Shown here piece after piece: positions 21,773 through 33,342 of a DNA stretch of 64,000 bases. A program made the translations under genes and the position numbers. Source of the stretch: an uncultured Gemmatimonadaceae bacterium (GTDB taxonomy: Bacteria; Gemmatimonadota; Gemmatimonadetes; Gemmatimonadales; Gemmatimonadaceae); the NCBI GenBank assembly GCA_963781585.1, contig CAWAGQ010000004.1:768001-832000 (forward strand), read 5' to 3'. A model generated the notes under the pieces. It did no database searches. It had not been told where the DNA came from and saw only the letters and a list, made by a program, of their open reading frames with translations. How positions within the stretch are numbered: the stretch's first letter is position 1; each line of letters opens with the position of its first letter.

Positions 21773-24406
21773 ATGACCGCCGTCTCCTCTCACGAATCGG
21801 GCTCGCCCGCGAGCCGCCTGTTGTCCCCGCTGCGCCTGCGCTTGCTGGGGCTCGTGGCCGTGGCCTCCTTTCCCACCGCGCTGCTGATTGCGCGCCTGGC
21901 GGTCGATGAACGACACGCCAATCTCGTGGGCGCGCGCGAGTCGGCGCTCCGCCTGCTCGATTCGGCCCTGGTGGAGCAGCAGAATCTCCTCCGCGAAGGC
22001 AGGCAGGTCATCCGGTCACTGGCCATGCTGCCCCAGGTGGCGAACGGAAGCCCTGACATGTGTTCGCGTACGCTGACCGTGCTGTTCGCCGCGTTCCCGA
22101 ACTACGAGGCCGCATCCCGCGTCACGCCCGGTCTGCGCGTGGATTGCAGCGCCGTGCCGTTCGCCCGGGGCCTGGCGGACGTGAGCGGGGTGCCGTCGCT
22201 CCAGCTGGCGGAGCGGACGCACCAGGCCGTATTCGGGTTCTATCGCGTGGGGAGCGCATCGCAGCCCCTCGCCACCATTGTCGAGCCGGTGCGCGACTCG
22301 GTGGGCGCACTCCGCTTCTATCTCGCGCTCGAGGTGGAGGTGCCGTGGCTCCCACGCCTGGTCGCAACCCTCGCCACGACTCCGGGGGCGACGGTCACGC
22401 TGTTCGATACCCAGGGCTTCGTCTACGCGCGCATCCCAGACGCAGAGCACTACGCCGGCCGCGCCATGCCGCTCACTCCGACGTTCGCGCAGATGGCCGG
22501 CAACCGCCGCGGGTTCGTGGAAGGGGCCGACCTCCGCAGCGACCGCCGACTGTACGTCTTCCGTCAGCTCCCGGCGGCCAACGAATCGCCGGTGCTGTTG
22601 TCGATCGGACTCCCGTTCGGGGCCGTGTACGGCGATGCCGATCGCAACCTCCGCCGTAATCTGCTGGTAGCCGCATTCACGCTGGTGCTGGCCATGATGA
22701 TGGCGTGGATCGCCGCCGATCTGTTCGTGATCCGGGACGTGCACGCGTTGCTCGGTGCGACGCATCGGATTGCCAGCGGCGACCTCTCGGCGCGGGTCCC
22801 GTCGCGCACGGGCGGCGGGGAGTTGCACAATCTCGCCGACACCTTCAACCACATGGCCGAGCGGCTCGAGGAGCGCCGGCGGGAGTTTCTCGCCCTCGGG
22901 GACGCCTCACCCGACGCCATCGTGCGCCTCGACCGCGACCTGCGGATCGACTGGGCCAACGCCGCGCTCCTCCGCCGGCTGGGGGTGGCGCTCGAGACGC
23001 TCGTGGGCACGCGACTGGACGACGTGCCGGTGGAGACGTCGGCAAAGCCGCTCATCATCCAGCAGGTGCGGGACGTGCTGTCCAGTGGAGAGCGCCGCGA
23101 GGTAGAGCTGCAGGGGAGCGCCAACGGCCGGGATGGCTGGATCGACCTCCGCTTCGTGCCCGAGCGCGACGGATCCGGAACGGTGACCCATGTGATGCTG
23201 ATTGCCCGCGACGTCACCGCGCGCAAACACCTCGAGACGCACCTGGCGCAGGCCGAGCGCCTGGACAGTATCGGCAAGCTGGCGGGGAGCATCTCCCACG
23301 ACTTCAACAATCTCCTCACCGCAATCATCGGCAACACCGAGATCGCGATGCGCGCGCTGGAGCCCGACCACCCGGTGCGGGGCGATCTGACGCAGATACT
23401 GGACGTGGCGCGCCGGGCGTCCGCCTTGACGCGGCAACTGCTGTCGTTCGCGCGGCGGCAGCCCACCGCGCCACGCGTGATCGAGGTGAAGTCGTTCATC
23501 GAGGAGACGGCCACGCTGCTGCGGCGCCTGCTGGGAGAGAACATTACGCTGCGGCTGGAGCTGGATGCGGAGGCGCCGCGGGTCCGCTTCGACCCGACGC
23601 ACCTGGAGCAGGTGCTGGTCAACCTGGTGACGAATGGGAGGGACGCGATGCCGAAAGGCGGGGTCCTCACCATCGCCACCTCACGCGTGCGGGTGGGCGA
23701 AGACGCCACGCGTGCCACCGACGCACCTCCGCCGGGCGAGTATCTCCTGCTCCGGGTTTCCGACAACGGCGTCGGCATGTCGCCGGCGACACGCGAACGG
23801 ATCTTCGAGCCCTTCTTCAGCACCAAGCGCGATCGGGATGGTACCGGACTCGGTCTGGCCGTGACGTACGGCGTGGTGCGGCAGCACGGCGGGTACATCG
23901 AGGTGGAGAGCGTCGAGCGCGTTGGTACGACGTTCCGGATCTACTTCCCCGCGACGCGCGACAGCGCGGATTTCGCCCCGGCGCCGATCGCGCAGGGGGA
24001 GTCGCCGACCGGGGGCGAGCGGATTCTGCTGGTCGAGGATCAGGAGCCCGTGCGGTCGACGGTCGCGAAGGTTCTGCGGACGCATGGGTACACGGTGGTC
24101 GAGGCGCGCGACGGCGTGGATGCGCTCCGGCACGTGGGTTCGCCCGAAGGTCACGCGCTCGGTCTGGTGATCACCGACCTCGTGATGCCGAGGATGGGCG
24201 GCGAGGTGCTTGCCCGGGAGATTCGGCAGGCCTTGCCGGACCTTCCGGTGCTGCTGATCTCGGGATACGACGAGCGCGGGAGCGCGAGCGGGTTGCTCGA
24301 GCGCGGCGAAGCGGCGGCTCTGCTGGAGAAGCCGTTCGAGTCCCAGCCCCTTCTCAGATTGGTGCGCGACCTGCTTGATCGCGCACCGGCGCGCGCCCGC
24401 GCGTAG
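21773..24406 (+). CDS. Hybrid sensor histidine kinase (Cache-HAMP-PAS-HisKA-HATPase-REC)
   Basis: Two TM helices, [37 protein letters not shown] and a receiver domain (LLVED...ITDLVMP...KPF). Confidence 0.93.
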   Translation: MTAVSSHESGSPASRLLSPLRLRLLGLVAVASFPTALLIARLAVDERHANLVGARESALRLLDSALVEQQNLLREGRQVIRSLAMLPQVANGSPDMCSRTLTVLFAAFPNYEAASRVTPGLRVDCSAVPFARGLADVSGVPSLQLAERTHQAVFGFYRVGSASQPLATIVEPVRDSVGALRFYLALEVEVPWLPRLVATLATTPGATVTLFDTQGFVYARIPDAEHYAGRAMPLTPTFAQMAGNRRGFVEGADLRSDRRLYVFRQLPAANESPVLLSIGLPFGAVYGDADRNLRRNLLVAAFTLVLAMMMAWIAADLFVIRDVHALLGATHRIASGDLSARVPSRTGGGELHNLADTFNHMAERLEERRREFLALGDASPDAIVRLDRDLRIDWANAALLRRLGVALETLVGTRLDDVPVETSAKPLIIQQVRDVLSSGERREVELQGSANGRDGWIDLRFVPERDGSGTVTHVMLIARDVTARKHLETHLAQAERLDSIGKLAGSISHDFNNLLTAIIGNTEIAMRALEPDHPVRGDLTQILDVARRASALTRQLLSFARRQPTAPRVIEVKSFIEETATLLRRLLGENITLRLELDAEAPRVRFDPTHLEQVLVNLVTNGRDAMPKGGVLTIATSRVRVGEDATRATDAPPPGEYLLLRVSDNGVGMSPATRERIFEPFFSTKRDRDGTGLGLAVTYGVVRQHGGYIEVESVERVGTTFRIYFPATRDSADFAPAPIAQGESPTGGERILLVEDQEPVRSTVAKVLRTHGYTVVEARDGVDALRHVGSPEGHALGLVITDLVMPRMGGEVLAREIRQALPDLPVLLISGYDERGSASGLLERGEAAALLEKPFESQPLLRLVRDLLDRAPARARA

Positions 24407-24436
24407 ACGAGACGCGCTGGCACGCGCCGGCAGCCG

Positions 24437-26263
24437 TCAGGTCGCCGGTCCCTCGTCCTCGTCCTCGATCGCGAGCGGCGGTTCCTCGCCGGCGGTCTGC
24501 ACGTCCGGCAGCACGTCGCCGTCCTCGGTATGGATCTTGGGCGGGGTTTCGGGCCGCGGCGGCTGGTCCTCGGGAATGTTCACGACCGTGAGTACGATGC
24601 GCCGGTGGATCGGGTCCACCTCGACCACCCGCAGGTCGAGATTCATCCCCTCGTAGCAGACGTCGGCCGGGGAATCGATCGGCGTGTCCGACGGAATGTG
24701 GCTCAGCGGCACGAACCCCTCGATGTCGTTGCCGATGTCCACCACCACTCCCTTGTCCATGAGCCGGACCACGCGACCGCCCAGCTCGGTGCCGACCAGG
24801 TAGGTCTCGCCGATGCGCAGCCACGGATCTTCCGTCGCCTGCTTGAGGCCGAGCGAGATCCGCTTGTTGTCGCTGTCGATGTTGAGGATGATCACGTCGA
24901 CCGTGTCGCCCTTCTTCACCACTTCCGACGGGTGTTGCACGCGCTTCGTCCAGCTCATGTCGGAGATGTGAATCAGTCCGTCGATGCCCGGCTCGATTTC
25001 GACGAAGGCGCCGAAACTGGTGAGGTTGCGGACCTTTCCCGACAGCCTTGTCCCCACCGGGTACTTGAGCGGCAGCACCATCCACGGATCCTGCTCGGTC
25101 TGCTTCATCCCCAGCGAGATCTTCTCCTCGTTGGGATCGACCTTCAGGACCACCGCCTCGATCGTCTCGCCGATGGAGACGATCTTCGACGGATGCCGCA
25201 CGTTGCGCGTCCAGCTCATCTCGCTGATGTGGACCAGCCCCTCGATGCCCGGTTCGAGCTCGATGAACGCGCCGTAGTTGGTGATCGAGACGACCTTGCC
25301 GGTAACCCGCGTTCCGACCGGGTACTTCTCGATCACATCCTTCCAGGGGTACGGCTGGAGCTGCTTGAGGCCTAACGAGATGCGCTCGCGCTCCCAGTCG
25401 ATGTCGAGCACCTTGACCTCGAGCTCCTGCCCGATCTGGACCATCTCGCTGGGATGCGAGATGCGTCCCCACGACATGTCGGTGATGTGAAGCAGGCCGT
25501 CCACACCACCCAGGTCGATGAAGGCGCCGAAATCGGTGATGTTCTTCACCACGCCCATCCGCACCTGATCCTTCTGGAGCTCCTTCATCAGCTTCTCGCG
25601 CTTGCCGGCGCGTTCGGCTTCCAGGATCACGCGGCGCGACACGACGATGTTGCGGCGGCGCTTGTTGAGCTTGATGATCTTGAACTCGAACTTCTGTCCC
25701 AGCAGCTCGTCGATGTTCGGCACGCGTCGCAACGCGATCTGCGAACCGGGGAGGAACGCGTCGACCCCCATCAGGTCCACCACCACCCCGCCCTTGATCT
25801 TCTTCACCAGCGTGCCTTCGACCGGCTGGTCAGTCTCGTAGGCGATGCGGATCTTCTCCCAGACCCGCATGAAGTCGGCCTTCTTCTTCGACAGCACGAC
25901 CGACCCTTCCTGGTCCTCGAGATGCTCGAGGAGCACTTCGACTTCGTCGCCCGGCTTCAGCTCGGGCATGTCCTTGAATTCTTCCAGCGGGATCGTGCCC
26001 TCGGATTTGAATCCGATGTCCAGCACGACCATGTTGTCGCGGATCTCGAGTACCCGGGACTTGACGATCTCGCCTTCGTCGATCGAGGCGAGCGTCCCGT
26101 TGTACAACGCCATCATGCGCTCGTACTCGTCGCTCGAGTATTCGTCCTCGTCGTAGAGTTCGGGGCGCCGGTTGGCAAGCGGTCGCAACTGCCCCTTCTG
26201 CGACTGTCGCTTCTCGGGGATCGCTACGGCCGTGCCGGTTGGGGTGGTCTCGATGTCAGGCAT
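24437..26263 (-). CDS. rpsA: 30S ribosomal protein S1
   Basis: Repeated S1 domains (FGAFIDLGGVDGLLHITDMSW and similar). Start at MPDIETT. Confidence 0.97.
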   Translation of the reverse strand: MPDIETTPTGTAVAIPEKRQSQKGQLRPLANRRPELYDEDEYSSDEYERMMALYNGTLASIDEGEIVKSRVLEIRDNMVVLDIGFKSEGTIPLEEFKDMPELKPGDEVEVLLEHLEDQEGSVVLSKKKADFMRVWEKIRIAYETDQPVEGTLVKKIKGGVVVDLMGVDAFLPGSQIALRRVPNIDELLGQKFEFKIIKLNKRRRNIVVSRRVILEAERAGKREKLMKELQKDQVRMGVVKNITDFGAFIDLGGVDGLLHITDMSWGRISHPSEMVQIGQELEVKVLDIDWERERISLGLKQLQPYPWKDVIEKYPVGTRVTGKVVSITNYGAFIELEPGIEGLVHISEMSWTRNVRHPSKIVSIGETIEAVVLKVDPNEEKISLGMKQTEQDPWMVLPLKYPVGTRLSGKVRNLTSFGAFVEIEPGIDGLIHISDMSWTKRVQHPSEVVKKGDTVDVIILNIDSDNKRISLGLKQATEDPWLRIGETYLVGTELGGRVVRLMDKGVVVDIGNDIEGFVPLSHIPSDTPIDSPADVCYEGMNLDLRVVEVDPIHRRIVLTVVNIPEDQPPRPETPPKIHTEDGDVLPDVQTAGEEPPLAIEDEDEGPAT

Positions 26264-26407
26264 GACTGAACGCAGCTCCGGGTGCGCGGACACGTCTCTC
26301 CGCACAGAGGTAAGGGTGAATGAAGGTGTGGCGGACCTCAGCGACTGCGCCGTCTCCCGCGAGGGCAACGCGCGCGACCCGTGGACGACCGCCGGGCAGA
26401 ACCTGTC

Positions 26408-26436
26408 AAATTAGTCGCGTTGATCCTCATTCTCAA
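26408..26436 (-). promoter_or_regulatory. sigma70-type promoter for rpsA, inside the 3' end of cmk
   Basis: TTGAGA-17 bp-TAATTT on the minus strand. Confidence 0.55.
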
Positions 26437-27142
26437 CCGCTGAAGTGTCCGCCGGACGCTGAGTTACGGCGCGCGCCAGCGCGACGATGCGCTCCACCTG
26501 CTCCGGCTGGGTGAGGTAGGTCGTGTCCACCAGCACCGCGCCGCGCGCCTGCAGCGACTGGGTCGCATCCGTCGCGTCCCGCTGGACCAGCCGGTCGGTC
26601 TCTTCGGCGATCTCCTCGTCGCTGGGCCGGCGCTGCAGGCGCTGCGTGAGCCGGCGTCGCGCGCGTTCCCACGGATCAGCCACCAGATAGACCTTGAGAT
26701 CCGCCTGGGGAAAGACAGCGGTGCCTATATCACGGCCATCCGCCACCACGTCGTACCGCCGCGCCACCGCGCGGATCCGCTCGTTGACCCATTGGCGGAC
26801 CGGCATCATCTGCGCGACACGCGAGACGTGACGTGTCACCTCCGGCGACCGGATCTCCTCGTCGACCCGCTGTCCGCTGATCCGGGGCTCGAACGACAGC
26901 GGCGTCTCGGCCAGGGTCACCTGCTCCGCGGCGTCGAGCACGCGATCGGGGGTCCATGACCCGGCAGCAGAGTCAGTCCGCAGAATCGACGCCGTGGCCG
27001 CGCGGTAGAGCGCCCCCGAATCGACGTGCCGATAGCCGAGGATCCTGGCGACCCACTGCGCCGTGGACGACTTGCCCGACGCGGCCGGCCCGTCGATCGC
27101 GATGACCACCCGCGGATGGCGAACCTCGTCAGGCGATGACAC
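26411..27142 (-). CDS. cmk: Cytidylate kinase
   Basis: IAIDGPAASGKSS, VDSGALYRA and DGRDIGTAVFP; aroA-cmk-rpsA synteny. Confidence 0.95.
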   Translation of the reverse strand: MSSPDEVRHPRVVIAIDGPAASGKSSTAQWVARILGYRHVDSGALYRAATASILRTDSAAGSWTPDRVLDAAEQVTLAETPLSFEPRISGQRVDEEIRSPEVTRHVSRVAQMMPVRQWVNERIRAVARRYDVVADGRDIGTAVFPQADLKVYLVADPWERARRRLTQRLQRRPSDEEIAEETDRLVQRDATDATQSLQARGAVLVDTTYLTQPEQVERIVALARAVTQRPADTSAVENEDQRD

Positions 27143-28412
27143 GCGCCAGGTCCCGCCAGAAATCGGGGTACGACACGCCCACGCATTCGGGATCGTCCAC
27201 GACGATGTCGCAGTTCGCCGAGGCCCCGAGCACGCCGAAGGCCATGGCCAGGCGGTGATCGCCCCGGGTGCGCACCTGTCCGCGCAGCGGCGCACGGGTG
27301 CCCTGGATCCGCATCCCGTCAGGCAGCTCGTCGGCCTCCACGCCAATGGCGCGCAGCCCGGCGACCACCCCGCCGATCCGATCGCTCTCCTTCACGCGCA
27401 GTTCGCCGGCCCCGCGGATGACCGTCTCCCCGTCGGCGCGCGCGGCGACGCACGCCAGCACCGGCAATTCGTCGATCATCGACGCCACGCCGGCGGGGCC
27501 AATCGCGGTGGCCCGCAACGGAGCGGGGCGCACCACCAGGTCGCCGGCCGGTTCGGCCGGGTCGGGCTGCGCCGCGGTCATATCAATGGATGCGCCCATC
27601 CGGCGCAGCACCTCGAGGAATCCCGTGCGCCCGGGGTTCAGGCCGACGTTGCGCAGCACGACCTCGCCGCCGTCGGCCAGTGCGCCTAACGCGGCGAAGA
27701 ACGCCGCGGCCGAGGGATCGCCCGGGACGTCGAGCGTGAACGGTTCCAGTTCGGCTCCCGGCCGGAGCGTGATGCGTCCGGCCACCGCCGATACGTCGGC
27801 ACCGAGCGTCCGCAGGAAACGCTCGGTGTGATCGCGTGTGGGAGACGGTTCGATCACCACCACCTCGACCCCGGCGCAGAAGCCGGCCAGCAGCACCGCG
27901 CTTTTCACCTGGGCGCTGGCGGTCTCCATCCGCCACTCGATGCCACGCAGGGCGCCGCCGTGGATGGTGAGCGGAAGCCCGTCCCAGCCGGACGCGGAGT
28001 CGACCTGCGCGCCCAGCTCCGCCAGCGCCGCGGTCACCCGCCGCATCGGGCGGCGGCTCAGGCTCGCGTCGCCGGTGAAGGTGGACGCGAAGGGCTGCGC
28101 CGCCATCACGCCCATCATCAGACGCGCGGTGGTGCCGCTGTTGCCGCAGTAGAGGTCCGCGTCCGGCGCTCGGAGTCCATGACGGCCCCGGCCCGCGATC
28201 CGGAGGTCCGCGGCCAGCGCCGGAACCTCGACGCCTGACGAGCGGAGCACGCGGGCGGTCGACTCGAGATCGTCGGAGCGGAGCACGTCGCGCACCCGCG
28301 ACGTCCCGTGAGCCAGCGCTGCGAAGATCAGGCTTCGGTGCGAGATCGATTTATCCCCGGGAACGCGAACCTCCCCGCGCACCACCAGCCGGTCGGTCCC
28401 CACCGCCGTCAC
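27129..28412 (-). CDS. aroA: EPSP synthase
   Basis: PGDKSISHR, CGNSGTTAR, SAQVKSA, RDHTE, ELRVKESDR and DHRLAM. Confidence 0.97.
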   Translation of the reverse strand: MTAVGTDRLVVRGEVRVPGDKSISHRSLIFAALAHGTSRVRDVLRSDDLESTARVLRSSGVEVPALAADLRIAGRGRHGLRAPDADLYCGNSGTTARLMMGVMAAQPFASTFTGDASLSRRPMRRVTAALAELGAQVDSASGWDGLPLTIHGGALRGIEWRMETASAQVKSAVLLAGFCAGVEVVVIEPSPTRDHTERFLRTLGADVSAVAGRITLRPGAELEPFTLDVPGDPSAAAFFAALGALADGGEVVLRNVGLNPGRTGFLEVLRRMGASIDMTAAQPDPAEPAGDLVVRPAPLRATAIGPAGVASMIDELPVLACVAARADGETVIRGAGELRVKESDRIGGVVAGLRAIGVEADELPDGMRIQGTRAPLRGQVRTRGDHRLAMAFGVLGASANCDIVVDDPECVGVSYPDFWRDLARVIA

Positions 28413-29284
28413 CGCAGCCACGCTTCGAGCGCGGTGGAGAGATCGGTGCGCTCGTCGCGGTACTTCACGATGACCGGTGTTTGCAGCGACAAGCCCTGGT
28501 CGCGGCCCCATCCCGTGGCCACGGCCCGCGCCCCCGGGACGACCACCGCGCCCTCGGGAATCTCGAGCGGCCGATCATCGCCGGCCCGATACACCGCCTG
28601 ACGCGCGAGGTCGAAGACGGGGGTGCCGCGCGTGAGCACCACGCCGGCCGCGAGCACTGCGCGCTCACGCACCACCGTCCCCTCGTACACGCCGCAGTTG
28701 CCTCCAACCACCACGTCATCCTCGACCACGACCGGCACCGCATTCGCTGGTTCGAGCACCCCGCCGATCTGGGCCGCCGCGCTCACGTGCACGCGCTCGC
28801 CCACCTGGGCGCACGAGCCGATCAGCGCGTGCGAGTCGATCATCGTCCCGGCGCCCACGTGTGCGCCCACGTTCACGTACATGGGCGGCATGCAGACCAC
28901 GCCGGGGGCGAGGTATGCGCCGCGGCGGATGGTCGAGCCGCCGGGCACCACCCGCACTCCCGCCGACAGCGTCACGTCCCGCGTGGTGAAAGGGTGCTTG
29001 TCATAGAAGGCGAATACCGGGTCCGCGTCGCCGTCCGGGCGGGGCGCCGGCATCCGCACGATGTGTCCGGCCCGGAATCCGAGGAGGATCCCCTGCTTCA
29101 CCCACGCCACCGCGTGCCACCTGCCGTCCGCTGCGCGCTCGGCGGCGCGCACCTCGCCGCGCTCCAGCGCGTCGAGGAGCGCGCCGACCAGCGCGTCGAC
29201 GTCGCCGGGTAGCGGCTCCGACGAGGGCGTGGCCCACGCCGCGGCAATGCGCCCCGGAAGCGCGGACTGCGCCACCGCGCTCAT
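28409..29284 (-). CDS. dapD: Tetrahydrodipicolinate N-succinyltransferase
   Basis: WVKQGILLGF, RVVPGG, YVNVGA and IGGVLEP hexapeptide repeats. Confidence 0.93.
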   Translation of the reverse strand: MSAVAQSALPGRIAAAWATPSSEPLPGDVDALVGALLDALERGEVRAAERAADGRWHAVAWVKQGILLGFRAGHIVRMPAPRPDGDADPVFAFYDKHPFTTRDVTLSAGVRVVPGGSTIRRGAYLAPGVVCMPPMYVNVGAHVGAGTMIDSHALIGSCAQVGERVHVSAAAQIGGVLEPANAVPVVVEDDVVVGGNCGVYEGTVVRERAVLAAGVVLTRGTPVFDLARQAVYRAGDDRPLEIPEGAVVVPGARAVATGWGRDQGLSLQTPVIVKYRDERTDLSTALEAWLR

Positions 29285-30174
29285 TCGGTGATGGCGCCGG
29301 CGGCGACGAGGCTGGCGCGCAGCGCGGCCGAGTGCGATTCGGCCAGGGGCACCAGCGGGAGGCGGAGCACGTTCTCGATCCGGCCCATCATCGCCAGCGC
29401 GGCCTTGGCGGGAATCGGATTCGATTCCACGAACGCCGCGGCCATCCAGGGTTGCAGCCGCCGATGCATCACCCGCGCGGCGGCCAGGTCGCCGGCCGCG
29501 CAGGCGTCGGTCAGTTGGGCCATCTGGCGGGGCGCGGCGTTGGCGGTCACCGAGATCACGCCGTCGCCGCCTAACGCCATGACCGGCAGCGTGAGCGCGT
29601 CGTCGCCCGACAGCACCGCGAACCCCGGCGGACGCTCGCGGATGATCTCGGCAATCTGCCCGATCAGCCCCGACGCCTCCTTCACCCCCGCGATGCCCGC
29701 GAACTTCGACAGCTCGATCGTGGTCCGCGCTTCGATGTTGCTGCCGGTGCGGCCGGGCACGTTGTAGACGATGATCGGGAGGTCGATGGCGTCGGCGATG
29801 GCGCGGAAGTGCGCCAGGATGCCGCGCTGGGGCGGCTTGTTGTACATCGGCGAGACGTGCAGGAGATGGGTCGCGCCCACGGCCTTCATTTCCCGCGACA
29901 GCGCGATGGCCCTGGCGGTGTCGTTCGAGCCGGCACCCGCCACGATCGGCACGCGACCGGCCGCCACCTCGACCGTGATCTCGACCACGCGCCGATGCTC
30001 CGCCGGCGTCATGGTGGCCGCTTCACCAGTGGAGCCGCACGGGACCAGAAAGTGCACCCCTTCCCCGATCTGCCACTCCACGAGACGCCGCAGGGCGTCC
30101 TCGTCCACCGAACCGTTGCGCTGGAACGGCGTGACGAGGGCCGTGCCGCATCCCATCAGTTGTCGCGCGCTCAT
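29281..30174 (-). CDS. dapA: 4-hydroxy-tetrahydrodipicolinate synthase
   Basis: GSTGE, YNVPGRT, GVKEAS and ESNPIPAK. Confidence 0.96.
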   Translation of the reverse strand: MSARQLMGCGTALVTPFQRNGSVDEDALRRLVEWQIGEGVHFLVPCGSTGEAATMTPAEHRRVVEITVEVAAGRVPIVAGAGSNDTARAIALSREMKAVGATHLLHVSPMYNKPPQRGILAHFRAIADAIDLPIIVYNVPGRTGSNIEARTTIELSKFAGIAGVKEASGLIGQIAEIIRERPPGFAVLSGDDALTLPVMALGGDGVISVTANAAPRQMAQLTDACAAGDLAAARVMHRRLQPWMAAAFVESNPIPAKAALAMMGRIENVLRLPLVPLAESHSAALRASLVAAGAITE

Positions 30175-30908
30175 GTCGTGGGCTCTCCTGGTGCCCGCAG
30201 TACGTCACGCATGGTGAAGATGCCGCGCCGGCCGCGCAACCACGCGGCGGCCCGCAGCGCCCCGTCGGCGAAGACACGCCGGTCGCGCGCTTCGTGGGTC
30301 AGCCGCAGTTGCTCGAACGGTGCATCGAATACGAGCTCGTGGGTCCCCGGAACGTGCCCCACCCGGACGCTGGTGATCGGAACCGCGCGACCGGTGATGC
30401 GCGCCACCACGTCGGCGAGCGCTGCCGCGGTGCCCGATGGCGCGTCCTTCTTGGTCGCGTGATGCGTCTCCACCAGATGAGTGTCCACGTCATCCGCGTC
30501 GCCGAGCAGCCGCGCGGCCGTCTCGGCTACCGCGGTGAGGACCGCGACGCCGATCGAGAAGTTGGGCGACCACAACATGGCTCCACCCAGACGTTGTACC
30601 TCCGCGATCACCACCGGAAGTTGCGCGTACCACCCCGTGGTCCCGACCACCACCGGCAGCCCCTCGCGCGCACAGGCGAGCACGTTGGCCACCGCCTCCC
30701 CGGGTTCGGTGAACTCGATGGCGACGTCGGGATGCCCGAGACGCTCGCGGGAAATCCCCGATCCGTCGGTGTTGTCGGCGACGCCAAGCATGGTGGTGAC
30801 GACGATGCCGCGCCCTTCGGCGAGGGACGCGACCGCACTCCCCATGCGGCCGTCTCCGATCAGCGCCAGCCGTAGCACGCGATCCCGATCGGGCGTCATT
30901 CCGCTCAC
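30171..30908 (-). CDS. dapB: 4-hydroxy-tetrahydrodipicolinate reductase
   Basis: GDGRMG, VVGTTGW, NFSIGV and ETHHATKKDAPSGTA. Confidence 0.95.
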   Translation of the reverse strand: MSGMTPDRDRVLRLALIGDGRMGSAVASLAEGRGIVVTTMLGVADNTDGSGISRERLGHPDVAIEFTEPGEAVANVLACAREGLPVVVGTTGWYAQLPVVIAEVQRLGGAMLWSPNFSIGVAVLTAVAETAARLLGDADDVDTHLVETHHATKKDAPSGTAAALADVVARITGRAVPITSVRVGHVPGTHELVFDAPFEQLRLTHEARDRRVFADGALRAAAWLRGRRGIFTMRDVLRAPGEPTT

Positions 30909-32263
30909 GCCTCCCCCGCCGGAAAGAAGGTCTGATGCAGCGCCCGCATTGCCGGGACCACCTGATCGCCGTCCACCAGCATCGTGAGGTTGATGCCGCT
31001 CGCGCTCAGCGAGAGCATGTGGACGCGGATGGAGCCCAGCGACGCCAGCGCGCGGGACATGGAGATACTGCTTGCGGCCAAACCGGCGCCGACCAGGGCC
31101 ACAATGCCACGGTTGCGTTCCACGGATACGTCCCCGAGGTGCGACAGATCCACCACCAGTGAGTCAAGATGGCGCGGATCGTCGACGGTGAGGCTCACGC
31201 TGATCTCGGACGTGGCCACCACGTCGACCGACGTACGATGGCGGTCGAAGATCTCGAAGATGCTGCGCAGGAATCCGTGCGCCAGCAGCATCCGGGGCGA
31301 CCGGACTCGGATTACCGTCACACCCTCCTTGCCGGCGATGGCGGTCACCGGTCTCAGCGGCGCGTCGAAGGTGATCAGCGTGCCGCGCCCCGCGGGGTTC
31401 CGGGAATTGAGGACGTACACCGGAATGCCGAGCCGCACGGCCGGCGCGATGGTGCTCGGGTGCAGGACCTTGGCGCCGAACGACGCGAGCTCGCTGGCCT
31501 CGTCGAAACGGATGCGTTCGATCAGACGCGCCCCGTCCACGATCCGGGGGTCGGCGGTGAGCATGCCGTCCACGTCGGTCCAGATCTCGATCGACTCCGC
31601 GCCTAACGCGGCGCCGAGCAGCGAGGCGCTGAAGTCGCTGCCGCCGCGCCCGAGGGTGGTCACCACCTTCTGTTCCGTGCCGCCCACGAACCCGCCGATC
31701 ACCGGCACCCGCCCCTGCGCCACCAGCGGCTGCAGAATGCGCCGCGCCGCCTCGGCGATCTTCTCGGGCCTGGGCTCCGCCTTGCCGAACTCGTCGCCCG
31801 TGATGATCACCGTGCGGGCATCAATCGGATCGGCCGGCACACCCCGTGTCCGGAACGCCGCCACCAGGAGCTCGGTCGACAGCGCTTCCCCCTTGGACGC
31901 GATCGCATCGAGGCTGCGCGGCGTCAGGTGCCCCAGCACCGACAACGCTTCGGCCAGGCTCGCCAGTTCGTCGCAGGTGGCGCGCAGTTCACCGATTACG
32001 TCGCTCGCATCGCGATGGCCGGCCAGCACTTCCTCGGCGACGCCCACGTGACGTTCGCGGAGCCCTTCCACGCCGCGCAACGCCGCGATGAGCTGGCCGT
32101 CGGCGGCCTGGTTGGCGAGGGCCAGCAACGCATTGGTGGTTCCCGACAGCGCCGACACCACGACAATCGGCTGCCGGTCGAGGCGGCCGTGCACGATGTC
32201 GGCGGCCCGGCAGATCGCCTGCGCATCGCCCACCGACGTTCCGCCGAACTTGACGACGATCAT
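30905..32263 (-). CDS. lysC: Aspartate kinase (AKIII-like)
   Basis: KFGGTSV, TTLGRGGSD, WTDVDG, GAKVLHP and ACT domains. Confidence 0.96.
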   Translation of the reverse strand: MIVVKFGGTSVGDAQAICRAADIVHGRLDRQPIVVVSALSGTTNALLALANQAADGQLIAALRGVEGLRERHVGVAEEVLAGHRDASDVIGELRATCDELASLAEALSVLGHLTPRSLDAIASKGEALSTELLVAAFRTRGVPADPIDARTVIITGDEFGKAEPRPEKIAEAARRILQPLVAQGRVPVIGGFVGGTEQKVVTTLGRGGSDFSASLLGAALGAESIEIWTDVDGMLTADPRIVDGARLIERIRFDEASELASFGAKVLHPSTIAPAVRLGIPVYVLNSRNPAGRGTLITFDAPLRPVTAIAGKEGVTVIRVRSPRMLLAHGFLRSIFEIFDRHRTSVDVVATSEISVSLTVDDPRHLDSLVVDLSHLGDVSVERNRGIVALVGAGLAASSISMSRALASLGSIRVHMLSLSASGINLTMLVDGDQVVPAMRALHQTFFPAGEA

Positions 32264-33342
32264 GCCGTGCCGGCGCCACCCCGCGCCACGAGCAGCTCCG
32301 CGTTGAGCACGGACCCGCCCGCCGCGCCCCGGATCGTGTTGTGGCCTAACGCGACCAGCTTTACGTCCATCACCGGGTCGGGGCGGATGCGACCGACGGT
32401 CACGGTCATTCCCCCTCCGGCGTTCACGTCACGACGCGTCTGCGGTCGATCCGGTTCGGAGGTCACCACCAGCGGGCGCTCCGGCGCGCTGGGCAGGCCC
32501 ATCGCGTCCGCGTGCCCGCGCCACGTGCGCAGCGCCCGCTCCACGTCGCCCGCCGACGCCTTGCGGTCGAGGGCCACCGACAGACACACCAGGTGACCGT
32601 GTTCGGTGGGAACACGGTTGGCGTGCGCGCTGACCGCGATCTTCCCGAGGTGCAGTTCCGCCCCCGAAATCGTGCCGAAGATCTTCCCGATCTCCCGCTG
32701 AATCTTCGGTTCTTCGTCACCGATGAACGGAATCACGTTGGCCAGGATGTCGAGCGACGCCACGCCGGGATATCCCGCCCCCGAAATCGATTGCATCGTG
32801 AAGACCACCGCCTGCCGCACGCCGAAGGCCTCCTCCAGCGGCGCCAGGGCCATCGCCGCCACCGTGGTCGCACAATTCGGATTGGTCACGATCCCGCCGG
32901 TCCACCCGCGACCGCGCCGCTGCTCGTCGAGCAGCGTCCGGTGCGGCGCGTTGATCTCGGGTATGATCAACGGCACGTCGGCGTCCATCCGGTGATTCCT
33001 GGCGTTGCTCAGCACCAGCACGCCGGCACGCGCGAACGCCTGCTCCACTTCCCCGGCCACCGTGGCGTCGAGCGCCGAGAAGACGATGCGCGATCGAATG
33101 GCCGAGGGCTCGCACGGCACAACGACCTTTCCGGCGGTGTCCTCGGGCATCGTCCCTTCGAGCCAGTGGCACGCCTCGCGGTAGCGCTGCCCCACCGAAC
33201 GCTCGGACGCACCCAGCTCCGCAATCGTGAACCACGGGTGGCCGGTCAGCCGCCGGATGAATGTCTGTCCCACAGCCCCGGTCGCGCCAAGGATCGCGAC
33301 CGGAATCGGGCGCGGGGGCGCGCCGGCTGCAGCCGCGCTCAT
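32260..33342 (-). CDS. asd: Aspartate-semialdehyde dehydrogenase
   Basis: LGATGAVGQ, NPNCAT, QSISGAGYPG and GHNTIRGAAG. Confidence 0.96.
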   Translation of the reverse strand: MSAAAAGAPPRPIPVAILGATGAVGQTFIRRLTGHPWFTIAELGASERSVGQRYREACHWLEGTMPEDTAGKVVVPCEPSAIRSRIVFSALDATVAGEVEQAFARAGVLVLSNARNHRMDADVPLIIPEINAPHRTLLDEQRRGRGWTGGIVTNPNCATTVAAMALAPLEEAFGVRQAVVFTMQSISGAGYPGVASLDILANVIPFIGDEEPKIQREIGKIFGTISGAELHLGKIAVSAHANRVPTEHGHLVCLSVALDRKASAGDVERALRTWRGHADAMGLPSAPERPLVVTSEPDRPQTRRDVNAGGGMTVTVGRIRPDPVMDVKLVALGHNTIRGAAGGSVLNAELLVARGGAGTA